Shown here one piece after another: positions 1-10,468 of a DNA stretch of 64,000 bases; position 1 is the first letter of the stretch; each line of letters starts with the position of its first letter. Position numbers and translations under genes: made by a program. The stretch covers positions 32,001-96,000 of the IMG/VR virus record IMGVR_UViG_3300006750_000002; one strand, given 5' to 3'. Below the pieces are notes generated by a model. It did not search any database. It had not been told where the DNA came from and was given only the letters and a program-made list of their open reading frames with translations. The stretch is from a virus.

Positions 1-2
1 TT

Positions 3-1214
3 ACAGGATTAACATATATTTCTGATTACACCATTATAGAAAAATATAGTGATATTGTTTGTGGGTTAACTGGGAGTACTTTTGTGGAGACTTGTCCTTG
101 GCTATTAATAAGTGCCAGATTCCAAAGAGACTATTGTTACGAAGGGTGTGATTTAGAAAATAAAGGTGGGGTAAATGATTTAATCAATATACCAATTATC
201 GACACTCCAGGATATATAGATTCTGGTTTAAATAGCACCTCAGTTAGTTTAGTTAGGGAATCACCGTTAATGCCTGGATGGCAAGACCAGGGAAACAAAG
301 TGGTAGTGACAGGTCAATATTTGGGTCCTGGTGATGTGGTAACTGGTTGTACAACTACAGAGTGTTGTTCTGAATGTGCACAACCCAACTGTTCTGGGTG
401 TGGACCCGGAAGGGGTTGTACCACAAATTATACTAAATTGACTGAAGAAATTAAATTTTCTAAAAAATGGTCTGACGAAAGATTTTTAAGAAAAGGAACT
501 TTAACTATTTTTGTTAACGGAAGACCTGTCTTAGTGGACCCTGATTTTGAAGAAATAATACCTAGAAGGTTAAACACCGAAAAGCAAAAACAAGTTGGTG
601 TCCCGTTTAATATTTCATGGGGTGGTGGAACCCAAGGCCTTATAGATAACCAAACATTTAGTGTGGATACAAGTGGTAACACCATCACCTGCCCTCCGTA
701 TGTTCAAGACCCAAACGATTTAGGTTTACTAATAGAAAAGAATTTTGCGGGAACCTATATAGGGGGAATATCCCAATTAAGGTATTATATTAGGCCTTTG
801 GGTGTGGATGAAATTTTCCACAATTTCTTGGTTAATAAAGACCGTTATGATTTAGTAGATTGTGCGGGGGGTTGTACGAATGGGTGTGGACCATGTCCCG
901 CTATCATAATAAGAGATTGTGATTCTTTAGATATAATATTAGATTTTGCTGTAGGACAGGATATGGTTGCGGTGGATAGTTTAGCTCAATTTATTGTACC
1001 TCCAGAATATATATCTGTTAAATTTACGGGGGTGCTGGTGGATAATGTCATTAGTTATACCATAACCCGTATAGAAAATATGAAGACAGGCCCGAGTTCC
1101 ATAGTTACCACACCTTTTTTAGCCTCACCAACCGACGTAATCCAAGTAGACATAGTTAAATTTGATGTCACAAAAGAATCTAAAGTAAGTATTATAGGCA
1201 ATTTAACTAAGTAA
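3..1214 (+). CDS. 5'-truncated Cys/Gly-rich virion protein with a LamG/ConA-like C-terminal region
   Basis: The frame is open from position 3 (TGLTYISDY...), so the GTG at 84 is not the true start. Contains 'GTLTIFVNG' and 'GGISQLRYYIRPL', plus CxxC clusters. Confidence 0.55.
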   Translation, partial: TGLTYISDYTIIEKYSDIVCGLTGSTFVETCPWLLISARFQRDYCYEGCDLENKGGVNDLINIPIIDTPGYIDSGLNSTSVSLVRESPLMPGWQDQGNKVVVTGQYLGPGDVVTGCTTTECCSECAQPNCSGCGPGRGCTTNYTKLTEEIKFSKKWSDERFLRKGTLTIFVNGRPVLVDPDFEEIIPRRLNTEKQKQVGVPFNISWGGGTQGLIDNQTFSVDTSGNTITCPPYVQDPNDLGLLIEKNFAGTYIGGISQLRYYIRPLGVDEIFHNFLVNKDRYDLVDCAGGCTNGCGPCPAIIIRDCDSLDIILDFAVGQDMVAVDSLAQFIVPPEYISVKFTGVLVDNVISYTITRIENMKTGPSSIVTTPFLASPTDVIQVDIVKFDVTKESKVSIIGNLTK

Positions 1215-1219
1215 AAAAC

Positions 1220-1226
1220 TATTTAT
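1220..1226 (+). promoter_or_regulatory. putative late promoter motif TATTTAT
   Basis: Lies 13 nt upstream of the ATG at 1240. The same motif recurs before most structural genes. Confidence 0.6.
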
Positions 1227-1239
1227 AAAATAAAAAAAT

Positions 1240-3414
1240 ATGTCTTGTAAATGTAAAAATATTATAGAAAACTTCCAAGGAGGGTCAATTCCTTTAGATA
1301 CAATATTTGGGGGTAACGTTCAAATATGTGGTGCTGGTAAAACCCTAAGTGTAGAAAATATAATAGGTTGTTCACCAGTAACCATAGGTAATGACAGTGG
1401 TTGTACTTCAGGTAATACTGCTTTAGTGGTAAGCGGAAGTTCTATATTTGGGTGTGACGTAAATATATTGGGGAACATATATAGTGGTGGTACTAACTTG
1501 ATGGATATTTTTTCGTCTGGTGGTTCTGGCACTGATTACTACACAACAGGTTTTACATTTAACCCAGCTAACTACGACCTAACAGTTAGTCTTAATAATG
1601 GTAATAATTTAACACAGAATTTGGGTATTTTAGCTGGTGATTTAACAGTGACTGGTGGTACTTATAATCCATCAAATGGTGTTGCCACATTTACCAATAA
1701 CCGTGGTGGTACTTTTGATGTTACTGGGTTTTTAACTGGTTATACAGATACTGATGTTTTCGTTACAGGTGGAACGTATATCGGTAACACATTAGAATTT
1801 ACAAATAATAGTGGTGGAACATTTAGTGTAACTGGAATTACTGGTACTGATTACTACACAACTGGTCTTACATTTAACTCAGGAACTTATGATTTAACTG
1901 TAAGTTTAAATAATGGAAGTGCTTTTACACAGAGCTTAGGTATATTATCTAGTGATATGACCATTACTGGTGGTACATATAACCCATCAAATGGTGTTGG
2001 TACATTTACAAATAATAGTGGTGGTACATTTCAAGTAACAGGATTTTTAACTGGTTATACCGACATATATACAACTGGTGTAACATTAAATGGTAACAGT
2101 ATTGAATTTGATAGAACTGACACATCTAATGCATATTCTGTAGATTTATCCCCAATATTATCAGGGTTTTCAGGTACTGATGTCTTTGTTACTGGTGGAA
2201 CTTATAGTTCATCAGCGGCAACAATAACTTTTACGAATAATACTGGTGGTACCTTTACTGTAACAGGTATATCTGGTGGTACTGGTAGTACTTCACCTGC
2301 TGGTTCTAATACACAAATACAATTCAATGATAGTGGTTCGTTTGGAGCAAATACAGGGTTTACATTTGATACCACTAGCCAAACTTTATTTACTGAGTCT
2401 AATGTCAGTGGGACTAGTGTTAATTTTTACAATGGGTTATCCAATTTTGATGTTGGTTTTGGTAGTACAGAAGTAATAGGTACGACTACGATTTATAATG
2501 CCGACCCGATTGGTAGTACTAGTGGTGTTACTATGTTCACTATGGGTGATTTAACCGATGTATTTGGTGAGGATAACAGTTACTTATTAGGGTTTATCAA
2601 TGCTACTGGTAATACTAATAGTCTTATCGTTGGTACTCCTGAAAGTACTAGGATTGTGTATCAACCATCAGATGGTGGTGGTAGTAGTAATTATATCGCA
2701 GTTGGTTATGGTGGTATCACTAATGAAATATTAAGCGGTAAAACATTCGAGGTTCAGGGTGTTTCTAATACATTATTAAACGTTAATAATTCTGGAACCA
2801 CATTCCACAGTGCTTATACGTTTCCAACAACGGACGGAAACCAAGGCCAAGTACTTAAAACAGATGGTGGTGGTAGTGTATCTTGGTCTAACGGTACAAG
2901 TGGTTTGTTTGCACAAACTGGTGATAGTACAACAGTGTCGGCCACTACAGGAACAACTACATCAATTATTGGTTCGGGTGTCGGTGAATTTAAATTTCCA
3001 GCTAATACTCTACAAGGAGGGGATACATTTCATATTAAGTGTGGTGGACTTTTAAAAAATATTGGGGCTTCAGGTTTAGCCTTTAACCTTTCAGGTGCAA
3101 CAGAATTATTAGATACTGGAATCATCGGTAACAACGGAGCAGTTAGTACATCAATTGACAGACCGTGGGAATTAGAAATTGATTTAACAATAAGGTCAAC
3201 TGGTGCCATCGGTACTGCTATAGTTGTTGGTGAATTTAATTGGGCGGGACTTTTACTACCTGGTGGTGCTGGACTTAGTGTAAATCGTTGGAATTTTCAT
3301 CAAAGCTCATCAATAGATACCACCGTTGATAATGCATTAGACTTAGCTGTAGAATTGGGAGACCTTACTTCAGCAATATATTCTCAGTTAACTTATCTTA
3401 ATAAAGTTTATTAG
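1240..3414 (+). CDS. Gly/Thr-rich fibre or spike-like structural protein with internal tandem repeats
   Basis: Two copies of 'TDYYTTG.TFN...YDLTVSLNNG...TQ.LGIL..D.T.TGGTYNPSNGV.TFTNN.GGTF.VTGFLTGYTD' and two of 'TDVFVTGGTY'. 'FPTTDGNQGQVLKTDGGGSVSW' is typical of phage fibre hinge motifs. Confidence 0.6.
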   Translation: MSCKCKNIIENFQGGSIPLDTIFGGNVQICGAGKTLSVENIIGCSPVTIGNDSGCTSGNTALVVSGSSIFGCDVNILGNIYSGGTNLMDIFSSGGSGTDYYTTGFTFNPANYDLTVSLNNGNNLTQNLGILAGDLTVTGGTYNPSNGVATFTNNRGGTFDVTGFLTGYTDTDVFVTGGTYIGNTLEFTNNSGGTFSVTGITGTDYYTTGLTFNSGTYDLTVSLNNGSAFTQSLGILSSDMTITGGTYNPSNGVGTFTNNSGGTFQVTGFLTGYTDIYTTGVTLNGNSIEFDRTDTSNAYSVDLSPILSGFSGTDVFVTGGTYSSSAATITFTNNTGGTFTVTGISGGTGSTSPAGSNTQIQFNDSGSFGANTGFTFDTTSQTLFTESNVSGTSVNFYNGLSNFDVGFGSTEVIGTTTIYNADPIGSTSGVTMFTMGDLTDVFGEDNSYLLGFINATGNTNSLIVGTPESTRIVYQPSDGGGSSNYIAVGYGGITNEILSGKTFEVQGVSNTLLNVNNSGTTFHSAYTFPTTDGNQGQVLKTDGGGSVSWSNGTSGLFAQTGDSTTVSATTGTTTSIIGSGVGEFKFPANTLQGGDTFHIKCGGLLKNIGASGLAFNLSGATELLDTGIIGNNGAVSTSIDRPWELEIDLTIRSTGAIGTAIVVGEFNWAGLLLPGGAGLSVNRWNFHQSSSIDTTVDNALDLAVELGDLTSAIYSQLTYLNKVY

Positions 3415-3458
3415 TGTTTAATTAGGTTACATATACAAATAATAAAAAAAATAAAAAA

Positions 3459-3833
3459 ATGGAATTTTTTATAAGAAAAGACTCATTAGAACCAGTATTA
3501 AAAATGCAATTAATACAAGATGGTAGAAACGACTTTAGAAAGTTTTACCAAGGATTAGAGAACGCTTCTTTAAGTTTTTCTATGAAAAAGGTAGATACTG
3601 GAGAATATGTTATTTTGAATAAAGCCGCAGGAATCGTACAAAAAACAGAGTTAGACCCCATCAATGACCCAGAATATTACATTTATTATAGATGGCAACC
3701 TTCTGATGTTATGGAAACAGGTAGATATCAAGGACAATTTTTGATAGAATTTTTAACCGAAGGCACACAGTTAGTGGCACCGATTAGAGAAGACTTATAC
3801 ATCAGCATTCAAGAAAGTTTCGGAATAATTTAA
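3459..3833 (+). CDS. BppU N-terminal-like (Ig-like) structural protein
   Basis: 124 aa with the pattern 'FFIRKDSLEPVLKMQL...YRWQPSDVMETGRYQGQFLIEF...LVAPIREDLYI'. Confidence 0.5.
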   Translation: MEFFIRKDSLEPVLKMQLIQDGRNDFRKFYQGLENASLSFSMKKVDTGEYVILNKAAGIVQKTELDPINDPEYYIYYRWQPSDVMETGRYQGQFLIEFLTEGTQLVAPIREDLYISIQESFGII

Positions 3834-3834
3834 A

Positions 3835-3863
3835 TTGACATCCCCCCAACAGTTTCTTATATT
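3835..3863 (+). promoter_or_regulatory. early/middle promoter TTGACA-N17-TATATT upstream of polB
   Basis: TTGACA at 3835-3840, a 17-nt spacer, then TATATT at 3858-3863. Confidence 0.75.
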
Positions 3864-3895
3864 TTAATTAATGTTAAGTAAAATTCACCATCGAG

Positions 3896-6643
3896 GTGAA
3901 GCTAATATTACAAACGAAAATTATTATATACATGAAGCCTACACAAGAAGAAATTCAACAATTTTTAGAGGGTGGTGACCCTGAAAAATACATAGTAGCG
4001 GTAGAATACGATTACCGTAGTAGTTCTATATTTAAAATCAAAGAAGACCCAATTAATGGTAAACAAATAATTAAAGATAAATTTGTGCCTTTTGCTTGGG
4101 TCGGTGATTTACGACCCCATAAGTTTTATTCTAATAGTAAAGTTAGGCAAAAAGAAGCCATGTCCAAACATGGGATTATTATAGAAAAATTAAATAACCA
4201 TGAACAACCTAGGTTAGTTGAAGGGTTAAATTTTATAATTAAAACCACGAAAACCTACCAGAACTTAGTTTCGTTCTTTAGGGAAGGTGGAGTAAACCCT
4301 TGGGGGGAGGAGAGTAGGCAAGCTATCATCATATTATCGCCAGTAGAACAATACTTAATCCAAAAAGAAAAAAGACTATTTAAAGGTTTCGAGAACTATA
4401 ACGACATCCATAGATTGGTTTTTGATATCGAAACAACCGCTTTACGTCCTACCGATGGCATGATTTTTTTGGTGGGAATATTAGATAATAGGGGTAATAG
4501 TGAGATATTCTACGCTCACGACGATGAAAGTGAAAGGCAACTCATTATTAGTTTCTTTGAAACTTTAAATCGGGTTCGACCTACTATTATAGGTGGGTAT
4601 AACTCTTCCTCATTCGACTGGGAGTGGATGTTTAAACGTGCAGAGATACTCGGACTTAATATAACTGAAATTTCCAACACTCTTCATCCAAACATAAATA
4701 TTAGAAGAAGGGAGTCTAGACTAAAGTTAGGAGCTGAAATGGAAGAGTATATGTCCACTAATATGTGGGGATATAACATCGTTGATATAGCACACGCGGT
4801 TAGACGAGCCCAAACTATTAATTCAGACATTAAGAGTTGGGGACTTAAATACATAACCCAATTCATAGGAGCAAATAAAGAAAGTCGTGTGTATGTTCCA
4901 GGAGATAAGATATCTTCAATATATGAAGAAAATTTAGACTATTTCTTTAACCCACGGACGGGCAATTACAAACTAAAGGACACTAAGGGTTTAAGTGATT
5001 TAGTTCGTAAACACCCGAATGTTTATGCGGAGGTCAGTGGTCAATATATAATTAAAAAATATCTAGAGGGGGACATTGAAGAAACTTTAACAGTAGATGA
5101 GGAATTTAACCAAGCTTCATTTCTTTTAGCTTCTATGGTACCTACAACTTATGAAAGAGTTTCCACCATGGGGACAGCAACATTATGGAAAATGTTAATG
5201 TTATCGTGGTCATATAAATACAATCTAGCCATCCCGAAGAAAGATGAACAAAGGCCATTCGTAGGTGGGTTATCTAGATTACTTAAGACTGGTTACTCCA
5301 CTAATGTTTTAAAGTTAGATTTTAGCTCGTTGTACCCTTCTATCCAGTTAGTGCATAACGTTTTTCCTGAGTGCGACGTTACTGGGGCTATGGAATCTAT
5401 GTTAAAATATTTTAGGGACACAAGAATCAAATATAAGAAATTAGCCTCTAAATACTCTGGTGTTGACGATAAAAAGTCCTCATCCTATGGTAGAAAACAA
5501 CTGCCTATTAAAATTTTCATTAACTCCATGTTCGGTTCTTTATCCGCTCCTCAGGTTTTCCCTTGGGGTGAAATGGATATGGGTGAAATGGTGACCTGTA
5601 CTGGAAGGCAATATCTTAGACATATGATAAGATGGTTTATGGAAAGGGACTACTCCCCTTTAGTGTTGGACACAGATGGGGTAAACTTTTCGTCACCAGA
5701 AGGTGTGGAAGAAAGACTTTATATTGGTAAAGGAAATAACGAATTAGTTGTGGAAGATAAAGAATATAAAGGTGCAGACGCAGATGTGGCTGAATATAAT
5801 GATTTATATATGAGAGATGAAATGGGGTTAGACACTGACGGCACTTGGCCTTCCTGTATAAATGTAGCTAGAAAGAATTATGCTTTATTGACAGATAAAG
5901 GTAAGGTTAAATTAACTGGTAACTCAATCAAGTCTAAAACACTGCAAGGGTTTTTGGTGGAGTTTATCGATGAGGGGTTAGAAATGTTATTAAACGGTGA
6001 TGGTAAGTCTTTTATTGAACATTACTATTCTTATGTTGACAAAGTATACAATAAGGAAATCCCACTATCTAAAATAGCTAACAAATCCAGAGTAAAGTTA
6101 ACGGTAAATGAGTATAAAGAAAGAGCAAAAAGAGTGACAAAAGCTGGTAACCCTATGTCAAAAATGGCACACATGGAATTGGTTATTAGAGAGAACTTAA
6201 GGGTTAATCTAGGGGATACGATTTATTACGTTAATAATGGTACAGCGATGTCTCACGGTGACGTACAAAATAAAAAGTTAAAAGATGGGACTAAAGAAAC
6301 AATTCTTAGGTGTTATAGAATCCCAGAAAAAGATATAGAGGAATCACCTGAAACGTGTGGTGACTATAATGTCGCTAGGTATATGAATACGTTTAATAAA
6401 AGAGTTGAGCCTTTACTAGTTGTTTTTAAACCAGATGTTAGAGATAGTCTCATAGTTACGAAACCAGAAGATAGGCAGTTTTTCACTAATAAACAATGTG
6501 AATTAATAAATGGTTTAACGAGAAGGGAAGGGGACCAGGATGATTTAGACGATGTTCTTTCTCTTTCTACTGAGGAACAGGTATTTTGGGGTAAGATGGG
6601 TCAGAATCCAGATAGGTTCTTAGAACCACTAGGAATTTTTTAA
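3896..6643 (+). CDS. polB: family B DNA polymerase with 3'-5' exonuclease (true start probably ATG at 3932)
   Basis: ExoI FDIETT, ExoII GYNSSSFDW, motif A DFSSLYPSI, motif B KIFINSMFG, motif C DTDG. Confidence 0.95.
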   Translation: MKLILQTKIIIYMKPTQEEIQQFLEGGDPEKYIVAVEYDYRSSSIFKIKEDPINGKQIIKDKFVPFAWVGDLRPHKFYSNSKVRQKEAMSKHGIIIEKLNNHEQPRLVEGLNFIIKTTKTYQNLVSFFREGGVNPWGEESRQAIIILSPVEQYLIQKEKRLFKGFENYNDIHRLVFDIETTALRPTDGMIFLVGILDNRGNSEIFYAHDDESERQLIISFFETLNRVRPTIIGGYNSSSFDWEWMFKRAEILGLNITEISNTLHPNINIRRRESRLKLGAEMEEYMSTNMWGYNIVDIAHAVRRAQTINSDIKSWGLKYITQFIGANKESRVYVPGDKISSIYEENLDYFFNPRTGNYKLKDTKGLSDLVRKHPNVYAEVSGQYIIKKYLEGDIEETLTVDEEFNQASFLLASMVPTTYERVSTMGTATLWKMLMLSWSYKYNLAIPKKDEQRPFVGGLSRLLKTGYSTNVLKLDFSSLYPSIQLVHNVFPECDVTGAMESMLKYFRDTRIKYKKLASKYSGVDDKKSSSYGRKQLPIKIFINSMFGSLSAPQVFPWGEMDMGEMVTCTGRQYLRHMIRWFMERDYSPLVLDTDGVNFSSPEGVEERLYIGKGNNELVVEDKEYKGADADVAEYNDLYMRDEMGLDTDGTWPSCINVARKNYALLTDKGKVKLTGNSIKSKTLQGFLVEFIDEGLEMLLNGDGKSFIEHYYSYVDKVYNKEIPLSKIANKSRVKLTVNEYKERAKRVTKAGNPMSKMAHMELVIRENLRVNLGDTIYYVNNGTAMSHGDVQNKKLKDGTKETILRCYRIPEKDIEESPETCGDYNVARYMNTFNKRVEPLLVVFKPDVRDSLIVTKPEDRQFFTNKQCELINGLTRREGDQDDLDDVLSLSTEEQVFWGKMGQNPDRFLEPLGIF

Positions 6644-7501
6644 TCCGTCTGAAGAAAGAATGAACCAACCATCACCATTGGATAGTATTTCTATACTACT
6701 TTGGGGGCCCATACTAACCTCTTCCCATTCCCCATCTATTTTGCCTAATTTAGTTTTTACTGTAATGTTTGCCATAGATTTTATATAGAACCTATTCAGG
6801 GATTTATCGTTAAGTGTGATGATTAAATCCTCAGTAGCTATAATGTATCTAGTAGATGAGGTCACATAGTCTTGGACAATGGTAATAGGAACATTTTCTA
6901 CTGTTTCCACAGTTTTTTCTATAACTGGTGCCGTACCGTGTTTTAATATGGAAATTAAAGCTATCGTAAGTAGTTTATAACTTATACCATCGGGTTCTCC
7001 ATTTTTATTATACGTTACAAAATCAGTCAACCCTACCGAGTCTACTTCTTCCGCGATTAAACCTACAGAAGGTTTGTTATTATTTTTCCATTTAAACCTT
7101 ACAGGGGTTAATTTTAAAATAGGACTTAATTCATTAAACGATAAGGGCACTACATCTTTTTTATATCTTAAGGATGATGCAGCTTTAAAAACTTCGTTGG
7201 TCGTAGTATCTATTTCTAATTCATTTCCGCTCCCAGTAGGAATTAAATCAGAGTTTATTTGGACGGCGGATTTGCCGTAAGTCAAATCTGGGTCCACACC
7301 CATAGAAAAAACAGCTGTATTTGCGGAGGTAGAAGTAAAATTAAAATTATAGGTAGAGCTTATGCCAGATAAACCTATAAAGACATTTTGTTGGAGTTTG
7401 CTGCTCCCAGACATTTCAGCGGTGGTATTACAATTTTGGTATATCTGCCTAGAAAAATCTGCTTTTGTTCTTAAACCGTGTCCTGGATATTTGTATCCCA
7501 T
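6629..7501 (-). CDS. structural protein with an internal Peptidase_S74-like (intramolecular chaperone) domain
   Basis: 'SSLRYKKDV...LKLTPVRFKWK...GLIAEEV...DGISY..L' matches the S74 signature and is followed by about 100 further residues. Confidence 0.7.
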   Translation of the reverse strand: MGYKYPGHGLRTKADFSRQIYQNCNTTAEMSGSSKLQQNVFIGLSGISSTYNFNFTSTSANTAVFSMGVDPDLTYGKSAVQINSDLIPTGSGNELEIDTTTNEVFKAASSLRYKKDVVPLSFNELSPILKLTPVRFKWKNNNKPSVGLIAEEVDSVGLTDFVTYNKNGEPDGISYKLLTIALISILKHGTAPVIEKTVETVENVPITIVQDYVTSSTRYIIATEDLIITLNDKSLNRFYIKSMANITVKTKLGKIDGEWEEVSMGPQSSIEILSNGDGWFILSSDGLKNS

Positions 7502-7502
7502 A

Positions 7503-8621
7503 TTATATTACGTTATAGGGGTCTTGGAAGGGTCGATACCCCAAGGCTTTATTTAGATTTTCAGCTACCATAGCTTTTCTCTCCATCATTTTATCCTCCC
7601 TTAATCTTTCTAATCTCAATGTTAACTCCTCAGTTAATTTAGTTTTTTCATCCTGAGATTCACTAAATAACGAAGAGTAGTCCATGGTTAGTTCACTATC
7701 TGGAACCTTCAAGGCACCACTAAATTTACCCCTAACTCTACCTAAAGTTTCTTTCGCTAAAGCTGTGAAATATCTTCTTACCCATGCTCTTGCGGGAGAA
7801 TTTAAGTCAATCCATTCTATGTCACTTATTGGTGCGTCTGAGGGAACTCTAATAATGTCCTTATTTTCAGCTAAACAATCATTCACATTATCGGGATTAA
7901 CGTCATAATACCAATACCATACCCTACCACCTCTCATTTCTGAATTGCCGAAGTCAAAATTACCACCAGGTACGTTATAAAGGTGTAAATACCTAGTACC
8001 TTCTGGTCCTGTAGTGACCCTGTAAGTTAAATCAGACCCTATTAGTCTATTTTTAATATTTCGGTCTTGCATTCTAAGTAAAATGTCGTAAGCAGGCATC
8101 ATATAATACGAACCAACCATACCCATTTGAGCCATTCCAGCACCGGCCATTCCACCTCCACCTAAACCACCGAACGCACCCATAAATGGGTCAATTAACA
8201 TTTCATTAAGTTCTGGGCGATTATACCACATTATTTCATTTATTTCTCTTCCCGCTGGTATTTGATATATCTGTTGGTTTGGAACTAACTCCACATAGTC
8301 CTTTTTAAGAATCCAAGGGCCCATAGTCTGTAACCCAACAATTTTAGAATACGCATAAGTAAAGGAACTCTCCCAGTCCAAACTCCTAGTAGTGTAGGCT
8401 CTAGCTAAATCCGCTTCATCAACATTAATACCACCTAAAGAAGCCCACTGATTTTCAATTAACCAGTCATTAACATACATAGCGTAGTCTTGGATTGCTA
8501 TGTCCAATAATGAATCCAACATATCATCTTCTAATTCCACACCTACAATTGGTGCTCCTAACTGGTGTTTGAGTTGGGTATAAAGTCTCTGTTTATCTAA
8601 TATGGAAACGTTAGTTGGCAT
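7503..8621 (-). CDS. neck protein (T4 gp13-like)
   Basis: 'LGAPIVGVELEDDMLD..LDIAIQDY' and 'WVRRYFTALAKETLGRVRGKF' fit the gp13-type pattern; lies in a head-tail context. Confidence 0.7.
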   Translation of the reverse strand: MPTNVSILDKQRLYTQLKHQLGAPIVGVELEDDMLDSLLDIAIQDYAMYVNDWLIENQWASLGGINVDEADLARAYTTRSLDWESSFTYAYSKIVGLQTMGPWILKKDYVELVPNQQIYQIPAGREINEIMWYNRPELNEMLIDPFMGAFGGLGGGGMAGAGMAQMGMVGSYYMMPAYDILLRMQDRNIKNRLIGSDLTYRVTTGPEGTRYLHLYNVPGGNFDFGNSEMRGGRVWYWYYDVNPDNVNDCLAENKDIIRVPSDAPISDIEWIDLNSPARAWVRRYFTALAKETLGRVRGKFSGALKVPDSELTMDYSSLFSESQDEKTKLTEELTLRLERLREDKMMERKAMVAENLNKALGYRPFQDPYNVI

Positions 8622-8634
8622 AATCTTTTTTTAT

Positions 8635-8641
8635 ATAAATA
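8635..8641 (-). promoter_or_regulatory. putative late promoter motif TATTTAT (minus strand)
   Basis: ATAAATA on the plus strand, 13 nt before the neck gene start at 8621. Confidence 0.55.
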
Positions 8642-8659
8642 TTACTAATTCTATTAGTT

Positions 8660-10402
8660 TCAAATATTATGGAGTTCATTAAATAATTCTGTCATAATAT
8701 CAGTCTCTGGGTTAAGAGGTACATCTCCCATAACCGTATCTATTATGTTTTTCTTTTTACGGAGGATGTTGTATATGATTCTTTCTAAGGTATTATCGAA
8801 AGTAGGGTAAAAACAAGACACGTTTTTTTTCTGACCTATCCTAAAGGCTCTATCTTCCGCTTGTGAATGGTCGGAAGGTACAAAACTTAAATCGTTCATT
8901 ATAACCGCTTCTGCTGAAGTAAGGGTAATTCCTACACCTCCCGCTTTAATATTAGATATGAAAATTTTAATGTCTGGGTTGTTTTGGAATTCATCTACAG
9001 ATTTTTGCCTTTCTTCTTTAGACATCTGTCCGTGTAAAACCACCGACTGGTGTGTGTAGTGTGAATGCAACTCCATTAGGGGAGCGGTGAAGTTGGTGAA
9101 AACAATTACCTTTTTATCTTGTTCCAAGATATCATTAATTATCTGACGAGTATATGTGATTTTCTCTGAAGCAATAATTTGCCTTACTTTTGTGAGTTTA
9201 GCAAGATGAATTGTAATACTTTCGTTTTGGTTTTCATCAGACCACGACAAATACTCACCCATTTCCTTTTCATACTCCTCAGATACCAATTCCAAATAGA
9301 TTGGTGTAATAATTTTATCTGGTAAGTCTAATACGTCTTCTTTTAATCGTCTTGTTATTTTGTCTTGTGTACGGTCTCGTAACTCTTCTAAGTTGGAGGC
9401 TCCACTTACGTTCCATATTTTTCTACCGTTCGGGCCTCTAAATTGTCTACCCTCACAATACCTCTTCACATATGCGACCCAGTTATTAGCTACCCTACTA
9501 TTGACTAGGTTAAGTAGGTTATAGTAATTAATGGGTCTAGATGTCATAGGAGTTCCCGTCAGTAACCAAACCTTACCTAACTTCAAGGAAATTTGGTTAA
9601 TTATCTTGGTTCTTTGTGCTTTAGGGTTAGAAATATAATGGGCTTCATCAATTATCACTCTTTCTACGCCAGATTCCAACAATGTTCTAACACTTTTATT
9701 TTTAAGTGAGTGGAAATTTTTAAGAATATCATAATTTACAATTATATATTTACCTTCTTTCCAATTTTTCCCTTCGACTATGACCACCTCCTCATCAGTA
9801 TAGTTCTCTATTTCCCTCTTCCAGTTTATTTTAAGGGAAGCTGGACATATCACTAGAGTACATTTAGGGTTTTCCACAATACTTGCTATGACAGCTGAAG
9901 TAGTTTTACCCAAACCCATATCGTCAGCTAAAATATACATATCGTTTTTTAATAAATCCTCGATGGCTGGTTTCTGGTGTTCCATTGGGGGCCTGTGATT
10001 AAAGGGAGAATAATCCACGGTTACTTTTTTACTGTTGGTAGGTACTATTTGTGACTTAGGTACCCAGAACGAATATAACTTTTCAGAGTCTATAACTTTT
10101 CCCCATATATGGTATGCTTTATCTGAGGTAACCAATATCTTTTCTACCCATATTTCTGTTGGTGCTTTGGGCAATAACTTTTTTTCTTGCAACTCTTGGG
10201 AAAAATAAAGGTCTATTTTTACCTTTTTTCTTGCAATCTTAGGGACAATATCATGGTTGCCTATAACATAATCTGATTGGTTCCTAGTTAAATTATAATA
10301 TTCACTTTTAATTTTTTCTTTTAAATCTAAGATAAAATTATTTGCACCATTATACCCTGTGAGTATTCCGCGTGCTTCTACTTCCGGTATTTTTAATTCC
10401 AC
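8660..10402 (-). CDS. SNF2-family (HARP/SMARCAL1-like) helicase/ATPase
   Basis: Motifs ADDMGLGKT, DEAH, LTGTP, GVGITLTSA and QAEDRAFRIGQ. Confidence 0.92.
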   Translation of the reverse strand: MELKIPEVEARGILTGYNGANNFILDLKEKIKSEYYNLTRNQSDYVIGNHDIVPKIARKKVKIDLYFSQELQEKKLLPKAPTEIWVEKILVTSDKAYHIWGKVIDSEKLYSFWVPKSQIVPTNSKKVTVDYSPFNHRPPMEHQKPAIEDLLKNDMYILADDMGLGKTTSAVIASIVENPKCTLVICPASLKINWKREIENYTDEEVVIVEGKNWKEGKYIIVNYDILKNFHSLKNKSVRTLLESGVERVIIDEAHYISNPKAQRTKIINQISLKLGKVWLLTGTPMTSRPINYYNLLNLVNSRVANNWVAYVKRYCEGRQFRGPNGRKIWNVSGASNLEELRDRTQDKITRRLKEDVLDLPDKIITPIYLELVSEEYEKEMGEYLSWSDENQNESITIHLAKLTKVRQIIASEKITYTRQIINDILEQDKKVIVFTNFTAPLMELHSHYTHQSVVLHGQMSKEERQKSVDEFQNNPDIKIFISNIKAGGVGITLTSAEAVIMNDLSFVPSDHSQAEDRAFRIGQKKNVSCFYPTFDNTLERIIYNILRKKKNIIDTVMGDVPLNPETDIMTELFNELHNI

Positions 10403-10443
10403 AATACGATAATTATCTAACCTAAATATAAGGAAGAACTGGA

Positions 10444-10450
10444 TATTTAT
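10444..10450 (+). promoter_or_regulatory. putative late promoter motif TATTTAT
   Basis: Lies 18 nt upstream of the ATG at 10469. Confidence 0.6.
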
Positions 10451-10468
10451 AAATAAAAAACCTTAGCA

